Shown here piece after piece: positions 58,425-64,000 of a stretch of 64,000 nucleotides of DNA. Source of the stretch: Eledone cirrhosa. Lineage: Eukaryota. The stretch's first letter is position 1; each line of letters opens with the position of its first letter. The translations under genes and the position numbers were made by a program. Location of the stretch: positions 258,664,001 through 258,728,000 of the forward strand of contig OZ024740.1 of assembly GCA_964016885.1 (NCBI GenBank). Reading direction: 5' to 3'. The notes under the pieces are model-generated. The model did no database searches. It was given only the letters and a program-made list of their open reading frames with translations, and was not told the DNA's origin.

Positions 58425-58825
58425 TCCGGGAGAGATGACCCCGTAGCCTTTGTCAAGGCAGAATTCTAGGAGAAGGAAAACTCTGATATAACACCTGCAA
58501 CCCTGATGGTATCCAATGATGTTGACTTGTTCTTCTTTTTGGTAAATATCATCTTGGTTAAGAGAGTGGGACTGGCTTTGTGCAGTGCCTTTGCTCACTA
58601 TAAAAGCTTCACGGCACAGGCATTGCTTTATATCTGGAGATCTCTCTGCACTTGTCGTCACATGGTGCCATGGGCCCAACACTATGTGTCAATAATTGTC
58701 ACAGGTGTAGTGTTTGTACCATGTCGCTGGCTGGACTAAAAAGTCACAATCGTTCAACGCATCGGTAAGGGTCCTCCTACATGGATATAAAGTAGTGGCC
58801 GTACTCGAAAATGAGTTGGCAGCCA

Positions 58826-58830
<5 letters not shown>
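58425..58830 (+). mobile_element. Short bipartite RTE derivative (5'UTR-like head plus 3' end)
   Basis: ctaggagaaggaaaactctgat resembles RTE 5'UTRs. C..C.SLAGLKSH. The 3' hairpin ggccgtactcgaaaatgag resembles the reverse complement of 22310-22340. Confidence 0.55.
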
Positions 58831-58904
<74 letters not shown>

Positions 58905-58955
58905 TGGAAATTAGTAAAATCGAATCTCTGGCGGTTTGCAAGTAAATTCGGCCTA

Positions 58956-59033
<78 letters not shown>

Positions 59034-59071
59034 TATAGATATATATATATAGATATATATATATATATATT

Positions 59072-59289
59072 TAAAAGAATAGAGGTGTAACACACAAGTT
59101 ATGATATATTGGTAAACGGAAAAGAAAATGCTGACAAATTGTTCACAGTGAAAAATAGTTTAATTAGGAATAAGTGAGAATTACTAATAGTATTGGTTAG
59201 TATTCAGTTTTGGTTTTAAGTTTTACCGGTTGCGCATTTCTAATGCTTTTCAAAAATAATTTTGAGATAGAGCGTCCGTGATGTTTGCG

Positions 59290-59290
<1 letters not shown>
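59072..59290 (-). mobile_element. Diverged pseudo-LTR 3' fragment of the 50263-54266 PLE family
   Basis: Reverse complement of about 54040-54265. Confidence 0.85.
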
Positions 59291-59362
<72 letters not shown>

Positions 59363-59364
59363 TA

Positions 59365-59560
59365 GGACCCTAAGTATTGAGTACTTTGGTGCGTTATGGT
59401 CCACCTGGTTCCTTACCTCATTTCCTTCGTTATATATATAGTAGAGCGGGTAATAGGAAAAAGTATGACCCCGACGGCAGAGGAAATGCCGTTTCGACTT
59501 TAGTCCAGAAATAGCCGTCGAAACGGCTTGAGCTCTGCCGTCGGGTCATACTTTTTCCTA
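59365..59560. mobile_element. Tiny fold-back PLE fragment with half hammerhead; same family as 33221-33385
   Basis: taggaaaaagtatgaccc...gggtcatactttttccta, containing GAAA cggcttgagctctgccg TC. Confidence 0.7.
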
Positions 59561-60780
59561 TATATATACATATATATATATTTTGAGTGACATGTTTGGC
59601 TTGCCTCGTTATTGGGAATTAGGTGGTTGATGGCTTCTTGACCGCCATCTCAGTTTGTCTGGCCTTTATAACCTATGTTTATTGCTCTGGTCTTTATTTA
59701 GTCCATGGAGCGCTTGCCAGCATAACTCGGATATTGCGTTTCGCTTTGTTTTCGACGACTGCCGAAATTCGATCTCGCTGAAATTATATTTATATATATA
59801 TACACACATTCATCATGAAACTCTATGTCATTAATCAATCTGCATGAAATAGCAGCTAAATCGGCAAAAAAACTTACACCCTACTTTTAAAATCGAATGA
59901 TACATATTTGTACAATTCTTTGAGCAGAGAAAATTGAGATTGTTATGATTAGTTTCATAGCTATTTGGTATCACATCGGATTAATCTTTCGCTCCCAAGA
60001 CTTGGGTGACCTCCCGTGGCTATGGTAAAGATACATGCTCAAGAATCCACGCAGTAATCGAACCCAGAACCTCAGAATTGTTAGGGAGAACTTAACCACT
60101 TGACTAAGCCGGTGTAGTAGTTAAAAATCTTGAAAGTTTCAACAGTGTATACACGCATTAACCTGAAAGCGTGTACACAAACGTTTAATCATCAGCTTAA
60201 GTGTGTGTGTCTGTATGTATCAGCGTCTGCATGTATATACGTGCGCCTGTTATTGTGTGTGTGCTTGAATGTATTTGTACACATATGTGCATGCGTTTGT
60301 ATGTATTTGTACACTTATATTGGAATATATTCGTATTTCTGTATGTATTTGAAATACCCATATTTGTGGGTATATGTATGTGTGTGTGTGTGTGAGTAAG
60401 TGTTCATGTATATTTGTATATGTGCCTGTGGCTTTGGAGGAGTGCGTGTCTTTATGTGTACATGTATGTGTATATGCTTGTGCGTGTAACTCTGTGTATT
60501 TATTCATATATGTATGTAGATATATAACATTCTTTGTGTTCGTGCATTCGTGCATGTGTGTGTCTCTATGTAATTTTATAAACATGTCTATGTAGTTTTG
60601 TATACGTGCGTAGATGTGTGTGTGCGTAAACATGTGTGGGTAGCTTGTGCATGTGTGTAAATGCGTGCAGTTGTGTGTGAGCATTTGTGTTTGTAACAAT
60701 ACGTTTATGCCACTACTTGCGTATTCATATGTTTTAAGATGTACAGATATTTGTGTGTGTGTGTGTGTGTGTGATTGTGC

Positions 60781-60853
<73 letters not shown>

Positions 60854-60953
60854 ATGTGTGTATATTTGTTTCCTAGTATATATATTTTGTTGTATATGTA
60901 TGTATATATGCATATAAATATATTTGTGTAGGAGTGTGTGAGATAGCATGTGA

Positions 60954-61003
<50 letters not shown>

Positions 61004-61232
61004 CTGTACGTTTATATATATGTGTGTGTGTCTATATATATATATATACACACACACACACATATATAAATTCATATATATATGTGTGTGTATATATGTG
61101 TGTGTGTGTGTGTGTGCATTTAAATACGCTTGAATATGTGTATAAAGTTTATCTATGTACGTGTGCATGTGAACATGGGTGTGTATATATATATATATGT
61201 CTCGGTGTGTGTGTGTGGGGGGGTGCGTGTGT

Positions 61233-61359
<127 letters not shown>

Positions 61360-61695
61360 CTTTGTTGTATACTCTGTGTGTTTGTATAGAGTTTGCACTA
61401 CTGGTGTTCTTGCATACCTCTACTAACAATCCAGAAGAAAAGTGTATGGAAGCAGATTGTGTTAGATTAGCCTGATCTGATGTCTATCTGCTCAGTCTTT
61501 AGCTATGTCATAAGATCTGAGGATGTGATTCAACACTCACAAACACTCCGCTAATCTCTTTCACTGATCTTTGCTGAACCTACCCCCTACTACTGTATGT
61601 ATACACCTATACACACATCGGTCTCTCTCTCTCTCTCTCTCTCTCCCCCACGCTCTCTTACTGTCTCTCTCTCTCTCCCCCACGCTCTCTTACTG

Positions 61696-61733
<38 letters not shown>

Positions 61734-62020
61734 AATATGTAGTATACTTGTATGTATGTATATATACATACATATATATATATATATAAATATGTAGTAT
61801 ACTTGTATATATGTATATATACATACATATATATATATATATATATAAATATGTAGTATACTTGTATGTATGTATATATACATACATATATATATATATA
61901 TAAATATGTAGTATACTTGTATGTATGTATATATACATACATACAAGTATACTACATATTTATATATATATATGTATATTTACTACACATATACATAAAT
62001 CTATACCTCTCTCTCTCACA

Positions 62021-62109
<89 letters not shown>

Positions 62110-62110
62110 A

Positions 62111-62745
62111 ATTCAGCGAGAATCGTATTTCGGCCGGTAGAAAAAGCGAAACGAAACGCAAAATCGTAGAAATGCTGGCAAGCGCTCCAATAGTTAAGAA
62201 AACTAGAGCTAAACAATATGTTAAAACGCCATACAAACTGAAAAAGTGGTCAAGAAGGCATTAACCACCTAAGCCAAAAAAAAACAAATCAAGCTAAACA
62301 GGTCAAACAAAATAAATGATAAAAACAGACCTGGACCCAAATGGAATTGATGGTAAAATCCAAATGCAGGGTTTCTATGACACCTAAATCAATAATACTG
62401 TCTGCTTAAAACTATAAGCTTTCAGCATAAAGATCGAACAAGGAATATCACGTTATCAACAGGTATTTTTCTCTGTAACCAAATTTGTGAGTGACGCAGA
62501 ACTTTGTAAAAGCACATGTTTAACTCACAAGGGGAAATTCCCCAGATTTTGGCAAATGAATTCAGTATGTGTATATCATACAAAAAATTGCATAGATAGC
62601 ACAAATCGAATAAGCACCCAACCAGGTAGTTTTTAAAATAAACTTATGCAATTAATCTGTCAATAGAATTATAAACAGGTTAATTGTAAGACTCGGGAGA
62701 TTAATACAAATATAGATTCAGCGAGAATCGTATTTCGGCCGGTAG

Positions 62746-62748
<3 letters not shown>
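62111..62748 (+). mobile_element. 638-bp element with a 33-bp terminal direct repeat, between (TA)n tracts; homologue at 59583-59786 (minus)
   Basis: attcagcgagaatcgtatttcggccggtagaaa at 62111-62143 and 62716-62748. Confidence 0.7.
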
Positions 62749-62781
<33 letters not shown>

Positions 62782-63419
62782 GAATATAACTTGGATAACT
62801 CTGATGGGTTTTGGATGGTGTTGGCTCAGGCCATGTCTGACTTAAAGGCACAAGCTGGTGAAGTCTTTTAGGCCATCCTCACACCTCAGTCCTATTTTAG
62901 ACATCATGCCCCTCTCCATTAAAGATTTATTTTTTCTGGAGACATATGCGGCTTTAGTGGCGTTATCCGGATTCTCTTGAAAGAGTTTGTTTAAGGACCT
63001 TTTGAACTTTTATTTTGGTATGATATTTAAAAGAGCTAGATCAGTTGTGGGGAAATACTTGTGTCGTAATGTTCCTATGTGATACGATGTCAATTTTTGT
63101 AATAGGCGGATAACACGATGACCAATCCTTGGGTAGATTTTAAAGATGATGCCAACATCATTTGGGTAATATTGAGGGAATATTTTCCACATCCTATACA
63201 TGATGGAGCACTCACGGCAGCGTTGGAGAGGGCTGAGTTGAGTTTTTCTATTCGATCCAATAGTCTAAACTTGTCACACCAACTATATTTTTTTGTAAGT
63301 GGCTTCTGGGGTGCTTCAATTTTCATAATATTTTTTATCGTGTGAACAGACCACAGTGGACAGCAGTATTCAACGTGGCGCCGAGCAAAGGTAGAATAGA
63401 AAAGGCAAGTTCTTAAGTC

Positions 63420-64000
63420 AGTATTGTTTGTTTGGGTGGTATTGTTATTCCATTCATTTTTTCTGTTTAGCTTTGGCTTTCTAAGATCTATTTCGCTTGT
63501 CTCTCTGATTTGCCTACCTGCTGGGTCATTTCTATGTTTAGATATTATTTTAATTTCTATGTTGTCTATGTTACCGTCATGTTGTTGTCTGGCGTGTTCG
63601 TATAGTACTGAACGGTTTTTTTTAATTACCCCCAGTGTTGGTCTATTCTTTCTCCTATGCTTCGAGCTGTCTCACCAATGTATGTTGCTGTCATGTTTCT
63701 GCAAGTACCCTCTGTACATCTTATGCTATAGACTACATTTCTAGTTTTACAGTTTATCTGGGGGTTTACTTTACATATAACACATTTCTTATTAGTACAG
63801 TGGGTTTTCTTAAAAGGGTATGTTTTGCTGATCAGGGATTTTATGGTAGTTCCTGGCTTTTATACCACTTTAATCTTTAAGTGGGTCTTTCTCAGGGCCT
63901 TTCTACATTGGTTAGCTAATTTCCACCAGGGGTAGCATCCACGAACATGACACTCTGGTATCTCTGGTTGTCGTACCATGAGGTGGCTTTCTCTATATGT
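63420..64000 (-). mobile_element. PLE GIY-YIG fragment of the 16936-19240 family, running off the window end
   Basis: Reverse complement of about 18260-18820 (YIGETARSIGERI, QVGKSE/RQIRE region). Confidence 0.85.

Noticed and set aside
63370-63392. tggcgccgagc as an LTR primer-binding site
   Set aside because: No LTR pair or gag/pol sequence nearby, and the match is short.

Overview
This is eukaryotic, AT-rich, microsatellite-saturated non-genic DNA. It is probably cephalopod or other mollusc, inferred from the Deu/Nin-domain SINEs and repeat landscape and not proven. I recognise no host protein-coding gene, and most listed ORFs are (TA)n/(TG)n/(GATA)n/(GGT)n artefacts. The window is a stack of decayed retroelements: three copies of one Tx1/L1-like LINE (one near full length), two RTE LINEs plus a bipartite RTE derivative, an RLE-type R4/Dong-like LINE, several Penelope-like element (PLE) families, tRNA-derived SINEs, a non-autonomous Helitron and a mariner MITE. 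The main signal is a dense population of about 20 type I hammerhead-ribozyme (HHR) motifs, folded by eye. Most sit in fold-back PLE termini embedded in (TA)n tracts, and several have non-canonical cores or very long stem II. Also notable are a nested PLE palindrome at 54-59 kb, apparent (GATA)n targeting by the Tx1-like LINE, and a candidate 53-nt intron whose removal would fuse its ORF1 and ORF2 in frame. All family assignments are from motif recognition, with no database search. Element boundaries are approximate unless a junction is quoted.
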